A stretch of DNA of 63,488 bases, counting the filler, from Octopus bimaculoides (taxonomy: Eukaryota): the NCBI RefSeq assembly GCF_001194135.2. It is 4 parts of 3 records of this genome, joined end to end, with 100 filler letters (N's around TTAATTAATTAA, not from the genome) between each part and the next. Parts side by side here need not be neighbours in the genome. Positions count along the whole stretch, not along the records: positions 25,537 to 55,577 come from NC_068984.1; 3 more parts are not named here. One strand, written 5' to 3'. Both the position numbers and the translations under genes were made by a program. Shown here in pieces: positions 25,537 to 39,000 of this stretch; position 1 is the stretch's first letter; every line of letters begins with the position of its first letter. The notes under the pieces are model-generated. The model ran no database searches. It saw only the letters and a list, made by a program, of their open reading frames with translations, and was not told the origin of the DNA.

Positions 25537-25848
25537 AGAGATAACTCGAATGTGGAATCTAAAAACAGAAACAATTCCTATCATAGTAGGTGCCTTAGGT
25601 ATAATAAAAATATATTCAGACAAATACATAACAAAAACACCAGGACTTACAAATATATATAACATACAGAAAATTGCACTACTGGGTACTGCACACATTC
25701 TACGCAAAACACTTTCAATACAGTAAACATAAGAGCACCACAGCAAACCACAGCACATACCCAAGGCGCACAGAGCTGCGCTCGGTAGTGAAGTGAAAGC
25801 ACGTTATAAAAATAAAACTACTGAATAATAATAATAATAATAATAATA
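25537..25848 (+). mobile_element. R4/Dong-clade LINE 3' end, right arm of inverted pair
   Basis: Reverse complement of 25115-25436 with only a few substitutions; (AAT)n tail. Confidence 0.85.
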
Positions 25849-26490
25849 AATGCTCTGATGTAATACCAGGCAGTGGCTCGTATGGCTTCTAATCTTAACT
25901 AATTGGAAATGTTAACATGTACATGTTTTGAACTGCTGTAAGAAATGGGCTACACTAAATATTCTGCACCGTATCACTCATTTTCGCACAGTTGACAGTT
26001 GCTTGACCATAACTAGTTGGGCATGTCCCTTAGTGGCCGGCGGTGTCTGCATCTTTGACCACGAGGAGGAGTGGTGGAGGAGCATCATAGCCATGTGTTG
26101 AAATGGTTTCTTCGGAGTTTGAATAGTTCAACTTGGAAACATGTGTGTTTCAGTCATCATCTTCTGACAACACTTATTCAGAGACCTTTTGAGTGAGATG
26201 GGATACTTGACCTCAAGAAAGGCCTAATTGGGCTCCATCTGGATGGTCATGCGCTGTTTATATTTGTGAGATCACAATGCTGCACACATGTGGCTGTGAA
26301 GCTTGTACCTGGTGTACGATTATCGGACGGCAGGTGATGGCGGTTATATTTGGTTTCGTATGTTTGTACTCCGCTGTCCAGAAACGGTAGCTGTTTGTGA
26401 CTGCATTCCATTGTAAATTGGACACTGTGATTAATGTTGTCAATTAACTACTTAAATTCTAAGAGCTGATGAAGACTATGCGACCAAACT
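25849..26490 (-). mobile_element. unclassified interspersed repeat, tail-to-tail with the R4 copy
   Basis: GC-richer block that ends (minus strand) in GAGCCACTGCCTGGTATTACATCAGAGCA followed by (TTA)n. No protein motif resolved. Confidence 0.35.
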
Positions 26491-27089
26491 CCCCAAACTC
26501 CCCAAACAAATTCTCCTATATTTTTTTCCTGCGTGGGAATACATATCTCTCTCATATATNNNNNNNNNNNNNNNNNNNNNNNNNNNNNNNNNNNNNNNNN
26601 NNNNNNNNNNNNNNNNNNNNNNNNNNNNNNNNNNNNNNNNNNNNNNNNNNNNNNNNNNNNNNNNNNNNNNNNNNNNNNNNNNNNNNNNNNNNNNNNNNNN
26701 NNNNNNNNNNNNNNNNNNNNNNNNNNNNNNNNNNNNNNNNNNNNNNNNNNNNNNNNNNNNNNNNNNNNNNNNNNNNNNNNNNNNNNNNNNNNNNNNNNNN
26801 NNNNNNNNNNNNNNNNNNNNNNNNNNNNNNNNNNNNNNNNNNNNNNNNNNNNNNNNNNNNNNNNNNNNNNNNNNNNNNNNNNNNNNNNNNNNNNNNNNNN
26901 NNNNNNNNNNNNNNNNNNNNNNNNNNNNNNNNNNNNNNNNNNNNNNNNNNNNNNNNNNNNNNNNNNNNNNNNNNNNNNNNNNNNNNNNNNNNNNNNNNNN
27001 NNNNNNNNNNNNNNNNNNNNNNNNNNNNNNNNNNNNNNNNNNNNNNNNNNNNNNNNNNNNNNNNNNNNNNNNNNNNNNNNNNNNNNNNN

Positions 27090-27121
<32 letters not shown>

Positions 27122-27168
27122 GCTGATATTTAGCAAGGTGAGACACACATAAGAAGGAAGGAAACAAA

Positions 27169-27212
27169 GGACCACTGATGGGGTCACAGAAATGTGACGA
27201 AAGAACTCTGGC
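27169..27212 (+). ncRNA. hammerhead-like motif (A9G variant) in a PLE-terminus-like context
   Basis: GGACCA-CTGATGG-G-GTCAC-AGAAT-GTGAC-GAAA-GAAC-TC-TGGCC: perfect 5-bp stem II, GAAA, stem I CCA/TGG. Confidence 0.4.
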
Positions 27213-27323
27213 CGAAATAAGATTAAGATTAATGTAATATAAAGCTGAAGCAAATTAACACTAAATATACAGTGCGTGTGTTTTTATTGGCTAAACTGGC
27301 AATATGACCATCCCCAAGTACAA

Positions 27324-27359
<36 letters not shown>

Positions 27360-28559
27360 GCAGATATGTGCGCATGTGCAGATAAATGTCAGTATCTGTT
27401 CCTCCTTTTTCTGCTTCTCATTTACTTTGCATAATTTAATGAGAATTTATCACTTTTACGTTACCCCTTGGTATGAATTTGACAATTTCCAAATTTTTGA
27501 ATACGAAGTTACTAAAAGAAATACCATGTATAACATGTTCTATTAGTATTTTGTAGCTACGTTAGAAGTGTTTGGACATCTATAGGCAGATTGTCTATTG
27601 GAGATAATCACACATTGCCTCTGATATCGTCTTCTATCAACGAGCTATTGAGGGAATTTTCTGCAAGCTTTTGTTACTATCTACTGCTAGTTGGCCTACC
27701 TATTAGTCTATACTTAACATGCTTCGGCTAAGTTGGGTATTTCAGAAAATAGCTTTCTGTAATCGAATGTCTATTTCCTGTAGAGAAGATGAACAGACTG
27801 TATTTCTCCCATTTTAAATAGAACATGAGCAATTCAGTATATAAAGAAACATACATTATTGTGATTTTATTTTCATCCCAAGAGAAAATATCTACGATAT
27901 TTAATATGTAGAATATTTTTGCTTTACTGTCTTAGTCGTTTCTTTTGTTTTATTCCTGTCTTCACTGTTCTTGGAGTGAAAATCATTATTGTTTGTCTAT
28001 TGTTGGATCTTATTAATGAAAACTTTCATTCGAAAATATCTTCGATATTTTTTTTTCCGGTCTTATATCATCTGTTGAAATAGTTCTCAATATAGTTTTA
28101 TAGTTGTAGGTTTTATATTGCTATTTATATCATCATCGTGGCTCTTCTTCTTCTTCTTCTTCTTCTTCTTCTTCTTCTTCTTCTTCTTTCATACCCGTTT
28201 GCGCGTCGGGCGAAATGCTTAGCAACATTTCTTATGGCTTTTTACACCGTGACCTTATAGCTCACTGATGTTCACTTAGCCTCCTACTATTTCAGGCTCG
28301 ATAAAATACAGTACTACTCAAATATTCGATTAAACACGTTTCTCTAAAACATAGACAGTCTTGTGCCAAAGTTTGATAGAATTATTACTATTGTTGCTGG
28401 TATTTTTGTTGTTGTTCAACTGTAAGTCTTTCTCGACCGAGCGAATCTACAATGAACGGAGTTTCAGATGTAAGCATCACCGGTATCATATAAAGGTCCT
28501 GGAAAACTTTCGTCATATATGAGACATATTCTAAATACTGTCATTTCCTTGTAGACTCC

Positions 28560-29010
28560 AGACGCAGAGGACGTTGGTGGTACCGACGTCCTGAGCACTT
28601 AAGCGATAATCCACAAGCAGCGTTTATATTAGTCTGCGGACCTTGGGTGGAAGAATGATCGGAAGATCCCGAAGCAGATGCTATACGGCGAACTTATTAG
28701 TGGAAAGCGACTCCAACGGAAACCAAGTCTACAATTTAAGAATTGTATAAATTCGCTATTGAAAGCATGACAAATGTCGAACATCAATTGGGAAAGCAAT
28801 GCTTGGCATCTCCACCATTGGAGGAGACAAGTAGTGGGAGGAATGGGGTGGAATGGAGTAGAATGGTGTGGAATGTAAATAAGCAGCTCAAAAATGGACC
28901 GTAGAATTTAAGCGAGCTTGCTCGAAAAGGAACCGCCACTATAGTGAATGGAGAAGGTTGGTCTGCTATATCTGCGAACGTGTATGTTTATTGGAGGCTG
29001 GGTTATTACC
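28560..29010 (+). mobile_element. RTE-clade LINE 3' ORF remnant
   Basis: QRLY*...DRKIPKQMLYGELISGKRLQRKPSLQFKNCINSLLKA*QMSNINWESNA...WRRQV matches the RTE C-terminal R.PK..LYGEL..GKR..G.P.LR(Y/F)KD motif. Confidence 0.8.
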
Positions 29011-30724
29011 AGCGAATATATTCATGCATGCAAACATTTCTGTTCATGTAAAAGCATGTACAAACACCCCACACGCGTATATAGTGTAGGAGTAGTGTAG
29101 AGGTATGGACAGTAAGTCGAATGCTCACTCGGTGGTGAGTTAAATGCTAGCATTTTGTCGTTCCCCAAACAAGAACTCACAGACACATAAATGTATATGT
29201 AGGCATATATATATNNNNNNNNNNNNNNNNNNNNNNNNNNNNNNNNNNNNNNNNNNNNNNNNNNNNNNNNNNNNNNNNNNNNNNNNNNNNNNNNNNNNNN
29301 NNNNNNNNNNNNNNNNNNNNNNNNNNNNNNNNNNNNNNNNNNNNNNNNNNNNNNNNNNNNNNNNNNNNNNNNNNNNNNNNNNNNNNNNNNNNNNNNNNNN
29401 NNNNNNNNNNNNNNNNNNNNNNNNNNNNNNNNNNNNNNNNNNNNNNNNNNNNNNNNNNNNNNNNNNNNNNNNNNNNNNNNNNNNNNNNNNNNNNNNNNNN
29501 NNNNNNNNNNNNNNNNNNNNNNNNNNNNNNNNNNNNNNNNNNNNNNNNNNNNNNNNNNNNNNNNNNNNNNNNNNNNNNNNNNNNNNNNNNNNNNNNNNNN
29601 NNNNNNNNNNNNNNNNNNNNNNNNNNNNNNNNNNNNNNNNNNNNNNNNNNNNNNNNNNNNNNNNNNNNNNNNNNNNNNNNNNNNNNNNNNNNNNNNNNNN
29701 NNNNNNNNNNNNNNNNNNNNNNNNNNNNNNNNNNNNNNNNNNNNNNNNNNNNNNNNNNNNNNNNNNNNNNNNNNNNNNNNNNNNNNNNNNNNNNNNNNNN
29801 NNNNNNNNNNNNNNNNNNNNNNNNNNNNNNNNNNNNNNNNNNNNNNNNNNNNNNNNNNNNNNNNNNNNNNNNNNNNNNNNNNNNNNNNNNNNNNNNNNNN
29901 NNNNNNNNNNNNNNNNNNNNNNNNNNNNNNNNNNNNNNNNNNNNNNNNNNNNNNNNNNNNNNNATCTATATAGACAAATACATAGACATACGAACTAGAA
30001 TACGAGCATACATACACACAGTTACTCATAAACGCACTCTTTATGTGTATATGTATGTATTAGTTTTATATATATATATATATATGTTTATTTTAGTTTA
30101 TAATATGTATATACTTATTTTATATATCATGAGATTCAGCCATACACATGAGGTCATGATGGAGCATCATATCTATCTATATGCATATACGTATACTTAC
30201 GCACACATGTGCGCACACATGTGCGCACACATGTGCGCACACAACACAGAAGTACGTATATATATATATATGTATATATGTGAATATATGCCTATCTATG
30301 TTTGTTTGTATTCATACACAAATGTCTATATCGATATCTGTGTATTCATTCGTACGTACATCATACGTACGAATATACATATTCATATGCCTATACATAT
30401 GTATATGCATATGCCTATATATACATATATATATATGCCTATATATATATATATATATNNNNNNNNNNNNNNNNNNNNNNNNNNNNNNNNNNNNNNNNNN
30501 NNNNNNNNNNNNNNNNNNNNNNNNNNNNNNNNNNNNNNNNNNNNNNNNNNNNNNNNNNNNNNNNNNNNNNNNNNNNNNNNNNNNNNNNNNNNNNNNNNNN
30601 NNNNNNNNNNNNNNNNNNNNNNNNNNNNNNNNNNNNNNNNNNNNNNNNNNNNNNNNNNNNNNNNNNNNNNNNNNNNNNNNNNNNNNNNNNNNNNNNNNNN
30701 NNNNNNNNNNNNNNNNNNNNNNNN

Positions 30725-30764
<40 letters not shown>

Positions 30765-30829
30765 TTGGAAGGTGTACTCTTCAGTTCCTTCATGTAATCC
30801 AAAGTTTCAATTAGTTTAGTGTTTGTCAT

Positions 30830-31800
30830 TGATATCTTTAAATAAAAACATTCCGATTAGCACGATCATCGTTCCTATATACTTCCTTAGTTATGAAGTT
30901 GGTGTGCATATCGATTGGTAGCGTATATACGTTCCCATTTTTGTCCGAAAAACCCTGTACATGCTGGTAATTTTATAATCCTGGAAATAACCCGGGCCCT
31001 GTTTTTTTCCAAAGGAATTAATTTGACTGGAGTATTTTATATTCCTGATCATTTGCAGAAGACCCACTTCAAGTTTAGCCAGTGAGGGTTTTGGGATGAG
31101 TCTTTATAAGTTTTTTAGGCTATAGTAATCGTTATCTTTTGAAGAGTGAGAAGTATTAGATTAGTGGCCCTCGAAGAAGGCATCCATTTCATCTTAGCAA
31201 TGAAGTCATTGGTTTTCAGTAAGAACAACTGCTCCTCCTACGGTCACGGCGATGAGTGTTCAAGCTGATCCCACCAACAGAATATCTTGTTCGTGAAAGT
31301 AACATGCAAGGGGCTGAGCACTCCACAGACATTCATACACATAACGTAGTTCTCAACTACGAGATTCAGCGTGACACAGAATGTGAAAATGCTGGCTTTT
31401 AAAAATACAAGTATAGCTCATGTTTTCCAACTGAGTCGACCGGAGCAACATGAAGTAAAGTGCCTTCCTCAAACGCACAACGAGTGGTTGGGAATCGATT
31501 AGCGATCTTACGATCGTGAGATGAATGTACTAATCCCTAGCAATGCACCTTGACTTCAGTAACAGTAAATCCATGTAAAGACCTCTGTCTGCGTGAATCC
31601 GGTATATCTTTAGTAGAGGTAGCTAAAAAATTGATATTCATATTAAGTGACATGTATACATAACGCTCGGCAGAGTAGAGGGCATGCAGTGGAATTGGTG
31701 AGAGCCAAATAAGATCTGTATACATAATACAAAAGAGTGCTGAAATGATTCTGAACTTCGCCCAGGGCAGGGCCAATCCCATCGAGAGTTGCTATAAGAG
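30830..31800 (-). mobile_element. two PLE ORF N-terminal remnants (30830-31235, 31541-31800) separated by a SINE (31240-31540)
   Basis: Minus strand NINFLATSTKDIP (cf. F.YSTKNIP), LLKTNDFIAKMKW (cf. I.KTE.FIKRMRW) and GQNGNVYTLPI (cf. ADKT.N.Y.(L/M)). The two pieces share the homologous stretch TTACTGAA...CATTGCTA. Confidence 0.5.
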
Positions 31801-32956
31801 AAATCCAAATCGGACTGTTATCGAAATAGTAAGATATACAAACACAACTCGGCCTGACACATATATTTACATGGAAGGAAAAATAGAGAATATAAAATAA
31901 AGAGGCGAATATATGTAGAAAGAAATTATGTAACGTCCATTCTCGACGGAAGTGAAAACATGCACTATATAAGTGTAATTATGCGCGCGCGCGTACACAC
32001 ACACACACACACGATTGACCGTTGACTGAACACTATTCAATTTTTTTTCTCCGTGTTTTTCTCCTTGTCTCCGTATTCTTTCTGTTGAAGAGCGTAGCTC
32101 GAAACGTCAAAGACTTTCCGTATTCCCGAGCGTCATACTAATATATACTTTTGTTATTTACACCACCTGTCCTCGTCTGTTGTTATTATTTGTATATTCT
32201 CCCATATATATATATATATATANNNNNNNNNNNNNNNNNNNNNNNNNNNNNNNNNNNNNNNNNNNNNNNNNNNNNNNNNNNNNNNNNNNNNNNNNNNNNN
32301 NNNNNNNNNNNNNNNNNNNNNNNNNNNNNNNNNNNNNNNNNNNNNNNNNNNNNNNNNNNNNNNNNNNNNNNNNNNNNNNNNNNNNNNNNNNNNNNNNNNN
32401 NNNNNNNNNNNNNNNNNNNNNNNNNNNNNNNNNNNNNNNNNNNNNNNNNNNNNNNNNNNNNNNNNNNNNNNNNNNNNNNNNNNNNNNNNNNNNNNNNNNN
32501 NNNNNNNNNNNNNNNNNNNNNNNNNNNNNNNNNNNNNNNNNNNNNNNNNNNNNNNNNNNNNNNNNNNNNNNNNNNNNNNNNNNNNNNNNNNNNNNNNNNN
32601 NNNNNNNNNNNNNNNNNNNNNNNNNNNNNNNNNNNNNNNNNNNNNNNNNNNNNNNNNNNNNNNNNNNNNNNNNNNNNNNNNNNNNNNNNNNNNNNNNNNN
32701 NNNNNNNNNNNNNNNNNNTATATATATGTATGCATGTGCGTGTGAGTGTGTGTGTGTGTAAAATTATGCACTGTAAAATAATGAAACCATTTATATCATG
32801 ACACGAAAAACGTTGTGTGAAGAACTTACTTTCGCAAGTTTTTTCTCACTGACCTCACAGTCATACACATACCTATATGCACAAACATATATGTATATAC
32901 ACTTGCTTACATTTATATATACATTCTCTCTCTCTCCCTCGCTGTCTCTCTCTGTC

Positions 32957-32996
<40 letters not shown>

Positions 32997-32997
32997 C

Positions 32998-33060
<63 letters not shown>

Positions 33061-34432
33061 AATAAATATAAATTACATAGATATTTCTATATATAGATAT
33101 TAATGCATATATGGAACAAGTAAATAAAGGAAGCGCTTATATGTTGAACTATTCTTACATCCATGTACAGCGACCCACTGTCAGGTACACGAACAAACAG
33201 AAATGTGTACCAATAAATGCTTAGATGTAAAGACATGAGCATGTTTTATAGAAATTCCCTTCACACATCTCCACAGATACACGCATACATGCACACGCAG
33301 AGACACTGTCACATACACACCCTTTACTATATATATATATACGTGTGTGTGTGTGTGTGTGTGTGTACAGACTTACAATAACACAGACTCGCAAATATAT
33401 ATATCATACTAAAGTAATTTCTCATCGATATGGAGTTCGGTAGATCGATAACGATCGTCAGTATCAATATCAATTAGCAGAAGAAGCGACGTGGCTAAAT
33501 GTCTTAAAATACTGGGGAAGATTCTGAAGATATATTTGGAAATATACCAGACAGAGAAAGTAGTTCTGAAAATATTTCTGGATAATCTTGAGTGTAGAAA
33601 AGTTATAGAAACGGAGGAAAGTGAGTGTGTGTGTGTGTGTTAATGTGTGTGTGTATACGTTTATACATATATATATATATGTATGCATGNNNNNNNNNNN
33701 NNNNNNNNNNNNNNNNNNNNNNNNNNNNNNNNNNNNNNNNNNNNNNNNNNNNNNNNNNNNNNNNNNNNNNNNNNNNNNNNNNNNNNNNNNNNNNNNNNNN
33801 NNNNNNNNNNNNNNNNNNNNNNNNNNNNNNNNNNNNNNNNNNNNNNNNNNNNNNNNNNNNNNNNNNNNNNNNNNNNNNNNNNNNNNNNNNNNNNNNNNNN
33901 NNNNNNNNNNNNNNNNNNNNNNNNNNNNNNNNNNNNNNNNNNNNNNNNNNNNNNNNNNNNNNNNNNNNNNNNNNNNNNNNNNNNNNNNNNNNNNNNNNNN
34001 NNNNNNNNNNNNNNNNNNNNNNNNNNNNNNNNNNNNNNNNNNNNNNNNNNNNNNNNNNNNNNNNNNNNNNNNNNNNNNNNNNNNNNNNNNNNNNNNNNNN
34101 NNNNNNNNNNNNNNNNNNNNNNNNNNNNNNNNNNNNNNNNNNNNNNNNNNNNNNNNNNNNNNNNNNNNNNNNNNNNNNNNNNNNNNNNNNNNNNNNNNNN
34201 NNNNNNNNNNNNNNATATATATATATATATATATAATTTTTTCTCCCCATTTGTTTCTACTTGTTTTTCTCTTTATTTCTTTCTGTGTTCCTTTGAGTTG
34301 AAGAGCGTAGCTCGAAACGTCAAAGACTTCTCTATTCCCGAGCGTTAAACGAATACATCCATTTATTGTTTACACCACCTGTCTTCGCCTGTTGTTTTCA
34401 TTCTCCCATATATATATATATATATACACACA

Positions 34433-34931
34433 CAGAGAATCTCTCGACTATTGCGGGTGCTACGTTCCAAACCCCACCGCGATAGGTGAAAATCCGCGGA
34501 AGTAGAAACAGTGATGTACTGTATATTTTTTGTTCATTATTTTTATAATTTGTATATATTTATTTTATCATAACTGCAAAGCATCACTACACACTCGCCA
34601 CTCGAGTTTTCGTTTTCCATAGAGTATGTGCGATTCTTTATTTACTCATCTACGGTACACTACGTATTTTCTTTTAATATATTTTTATTAATGTCTTATA
34701 CAGTACAGTACCGTACGATATTTTTATTTATTAAGTTATCACTTTTTAGGCGTGAAAATGCGTATTTTACCACAGAAATATCTAAAACCTAAACTATATA
34801 AATACCTATCAGCCGCAGAATTCCGCGATATACTGAGGAGTCCGCTATAAATATTTATATATATTAGCCAGAAAAATCCGCGATGTACTGAGTGCGCGAT
34901 ACATGAATCACGATATGGCGAGTGATTACTG
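34433..34931. mobile_element. Tigger/pogo-like MITE
   Basis: Imperfect TIRs CAGAGAATCTCTCGACTATTGCG ... CGATATGGCGAGTGATTACTG followed by TA. Confidence 0.6.
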
Positions 34932-35282
34932 TATATATGTACGAATATGCGCTTATGCTTATACATGCTTATGTATACATACGTACGTATATGCGCATAG
35001 TCACACACAATCACACATACATATAAACATATATAAATCAGTGTCTAGTTTTTCACGCTCATTTACATATATTATTGTCCTCATTCACTACATAAGAGTA
35101 TGTTCTGTATATAAAGTGTTGATTAGAAGTTGCACTAAGATAAACATGTGCCGAAATTCCGTTTAACTAATCTCAACATACGACTAATCCATAACTTATC
35201 GATACTATCCTCTAATACATGGAGGAAATGGGAACTATGATCATATGTACCCAATACCTCTATCCCATAAGTATCGGTAAGA

Positions 35283-36330
35283 CGGCGAGCTGGCAGAATC
35301 GTTAGCGCACTGGACGAAATGCTTAGTGGTATTTCGTCTGCCACTACGATCCGAGTTCAAATTCCGCCGAGGTCGACTTTGCCTTTCATCCTTTCAGGGT
35401 CGATTAAATAAGTACCAGTTATGCACTGGGGTCGAAGTAATCGACTTAATCCGTTTGTCTGTCCTTGTTTGTTTCCTCTATGTTTAGCCCCTTCTGGGCA
35501 ATAAAGAAATCAGAAACGTTAGCACGACGAAGGCGGCGAGCTGGCAGAAACGTTAGCACGCCCGGGCGAAATGCTTAGCGGTATTTCGTCTGCCGCTACG
35601 TTCTGAGTTCAAATTCCGCCGAGTTCGATTTTGCCTTTCATCCTTTCGGGGTCGATTAAATAAGTACCAGTTACGCACAGGGGTCGACATAATCGACTTA
35701 ATCCGTTTGTTTTTCCCCTCTTTGTGTAGCCCCTTGTGGGCAGTAAATAAATAAGTATCATTAGCGCACCGGACGAAATGCTTAGTGATATTTTGTCTGT
35801 CACTACCATCTGAGTTCAAATTCTGCCGAGGTCAACATTGCCTTTCATCCTTTCGGTGTTCATAAACTAATTACCAGTAAAACACTGGTGTCGATGTAAT
35901 CGACTAGTCCCCGACTCCCCACAAAATTCAGGACTTGTGCCTATAATAGAATGGATTATAAATAACAGTGCTTAACTTCACTTTCATGGAATGAAGTGGA
36001 TAAATCTGGAAAGAATATTATCTAGCGTTAAATTAACTACGGATGTAATGTAATCAACTTTCGTCCTCCCCAGAAATTGCTAGCTTTATGCTAAAATGTG
36101 AGCCCAATATTACCTGGTAGATTAAAGCGCACAGCTGGCAGAATCGTTAGCACGCCGGACAAAACGGCTGACATTTTCTACGGCTATTTTGCGTTCCGAG
36201 TTCACATTCTGCCGTAATTGACTTTGCCTTTTACCCTTTTGGAGTCGATAAAGTAACTAACCTTTCAGATGTGGAATCGATGTAATCAACTTTGCCTCTC
36301 CTCAAAATTGTTGGCTTGGTTTCAAAATTA
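35283..36330 (+). mobile_element. four co-oriented tRNA-derived SINEs (35283-35510, 35530-35755, 35762-35955, 36128-36330)
   Basis: Each has GGCGAGCTGGCAGAA.CGTTAGC (A-box-like), GAGTTCAAATTC (B box) and GGTCGACTTTGCCTTTCATCCTTTCGGGGTCGAT.AA.TAAGTACCAG (core resembling the Meta/MESC SINE domain). Confidence 0.85.
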
Positions 36331-36692
36331 GAAGGGATGTTACTGTTGTTGGTTAGTGTCATATTCTACACCTAACCACAATGTAAGTTCTGCAGAATAT
36401 TTCCCTGTAACCATTTCGTGACTCATAATCTCCCAACTCGCTTCGAAGGCTGCTTTCGCCTGGTAGTTCACGTGTCATTGAAAAGGTTGGAAACAGTAAC
36501 GAAGGAAGTTTGACGAACAAACTAATTGACGGCTTAATCAACGCGTTCAACAAATGATCCATTAATTAGTTGGTTAGATATTTAACCAATTGACTAATAA
36601 TAAAGAAGTGGAATTGAATGTGTCTTTATTATTGACATAATGATTCTGCCACAACAAAGCATACCTTTCTTTTTGAAGTTATTTTCCGCCAG

Positions 36693-36790
36693 CATCGCCA
36701 GTATTACCTCTAGAGAGGTCACCATCGCCAGTATTACCTCTAGAGAGGTCACCATCGCTAGTATTACCTCTAGAGAGGTCACCATCGCCA
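36693..36790. repeat. 30-bp minisatellite, 3.3 copies, with internal palindrome
   Basis: CATCGCCAGTATTACCTCTAGAGAGGTCAC x3 plus CATCGCCA, with one substitution; contains ACCTCT-AG-AGAGGT. Confidence 0.95.
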
Positions 36791-37324
36791 CAAATTTGTA
36801 TTGACGTCTCTTTTGGATATACTGAAAATTTACTTCGCTTAATCGTTTTAGTACAGAGCTAGAAATGAATACTTTTGTGATGTGGCATTTAATCCACTTT
36901 TACTAAGAGATCAGATTAACGAAAGATACTTGAATGCCTCACTGATTCAGTCATTTTGCTTTTATTTCCAATTTCCCTGATATGAACTCATGTGTTGAAA
37001 CAGATTTTGTTGTATCACGTGAGGGCCATTATTCCAATAATACATATAAGCACTGATTCTATTTCACTACGTTATCATTCGTTAATTAGTTAACAATTTA
37101 ACCCTTTAATTAATTGATTGTTTGATTAATCAGTCAGTTATTCAATCAGTCAACCAAGCCAGCTAGCAATCAGTTATACATGCCACAGGTCTTTCGTTGC
37201 TGTACGCAACCTTTTCAATGACATACCGTCTCTATTCCATGTGTTACTGCAAATGAGATATAGAACAATATTTATCTGTTTTAATGCCAATATACATTGA
37301 CGATAATTGCAGCCTATGGATATA

Positions 37325-37775
37325 CCGTAAATCCTCGAGTATAATACGCAGGCGACTTTTTAGGTGGCTGTACCTCTGAAAAACCTAAACCTTGTGTATA
37401 ATACGCACCCCTTTTGTAACTTGAGTCAAGGAAGTCTATAGAACGTCCTTTGTTTGTAAACATATATACTGTAGCGTCCTTTATTATTATTGTATATATA
37501 ACATAATGCAAGCGTGTAGCTTTTTCTGTGCACTTTGCAGAAAATAAACAGTGAAAAATAAATATTAAGTAAATTACCTTTACATATTTATCACGGTCAG
37601 TTACAAGCCCGACATCACAAAATGCGTCTGGATAAACATTGCCGGACAGCAAATAGAGACTCGGACATTGCTTAGAAAATAATTTTCATTTTTTAACCTC
37701 GTATATAGTACGCACTAGCGATCTAGACCTTTAAATTTGGGTGAAAAAATGCGGATTATACTCGAGGATTTACGG
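37325..37775. mobile_element. Tc1/mariner-superfamily MITE with TA target duplication
   Basis: TIRs CCGTAAATCCTCGAGTATAATACGCA ... TGCGGATTATACTCGAGGATTTACGG, flanked by TA at 37323-37324 and 37776-37777. Confidence 0.85.
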
Positions 37776-38734
37776 TATTGCACTTCATAAATGTTTAAAA
37801 AACCCAGGGTCACCCTTGATCGAATGATCTGTGAGTAACTGTATTCCGTCATGGACGAATCTTTGATTTTAGAAACATATTATATACTGTTCACATTGGC
37901 ATATTCAAAACGGTTGAAAGAAACCTGGAGAGGAGATCTGACAGGTATTTATAACAGGTGGAGCTACCATATCGGACAGTCTTTTTCAACCACAATACCA
38001 AGATAATCTTGAATGACACGTATGTTCCTCAAGTGTGAATCGCCTTTCTTTTGTTGGTGATTCAGAAATGCCAGGCGTGTATTCCACGTTAACAAACAAG
38101 TCAGTACATATTCCTTTCCAACAAAGGGCAAACCGTACACCGATTTGTTTCACATTAATTTGAATACAACTGTTTTATACATCTACTATCTTAAAAAGCT
38201 AATGATGCGTTGTAACATTTTTAACGTATTATTCACTGTGCTTCGATTAGAGATGGCTGGAAATCACTGCCGTAGTAGCTCCTTCGTTTTTCTCGCGTGT
38301 ACACATGTTTTCCATTACGAGTGAACAGTTATTTCCTTTACCATCAAATATTACTTCTTTTATAGAATAAATCTCGTACTGGAATGTGTTTTCTTATTTA
38401 TATTATTTAATATGGGCCCAAATCATACGTCTTTTACATTGTTATATACACATATCCANNNNNNNNNNNNNNNNNNNNNNNNNNNNNNNNNNNNNNNNNN
38501 NNNNNNNNNNNNNNNNNNNNNNNNNNNNNNNNNNNNNNNNNNNNNNNNNNNNNNNNNNNNNNNNNNNNNNNNNNNNNNNNNNNNNNNNNNNNNNNNNNNN
38601 NNNNNNNNNNNNNNNNNNNNNNNNNNNNNNNNNNNNNNNNNNNNNNNNNNNNNNNNNNNNNNNNNNNNNNNNNNNNNNNNNNNNNNNNNNNNNNNNNNNN
38701 NNNNNNNNTATATATATGCATTTATGTATGCATT

Positions 38735-38779
<45 letters not shown>

Positions 38780-38919
38780 ATCTATATATGTACTCTATGT
38801 ATATATATGTGTGTGTGTGTGTATGTATGTTTATATATATATATATATATGTATCATAAACCATGCTTAAATGTACAAACTGACGTTTGCTATGCATATA
38901 GAAACATGCAGGTCATATT

Positions 38920-39000
<81 letters not shown>

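Noticed and set aside
27300-28100. Possible further PLE GIY-YIG remnant on the minus strand
   Set aside because: Only faint motif resemblance amid many stops; not supportable by eye.
35283-35400. A-box/B-box segments as tRNA genes
   Set aside because: No cloverleaf could be built, and they continue into the shared SINE core in many copies.
36693-36790. CRISPR-like 30-bp palindromic repeat
   Set aside because: Units are contiguous with no spacers, there are no cas genes and the context is eukaryotic.
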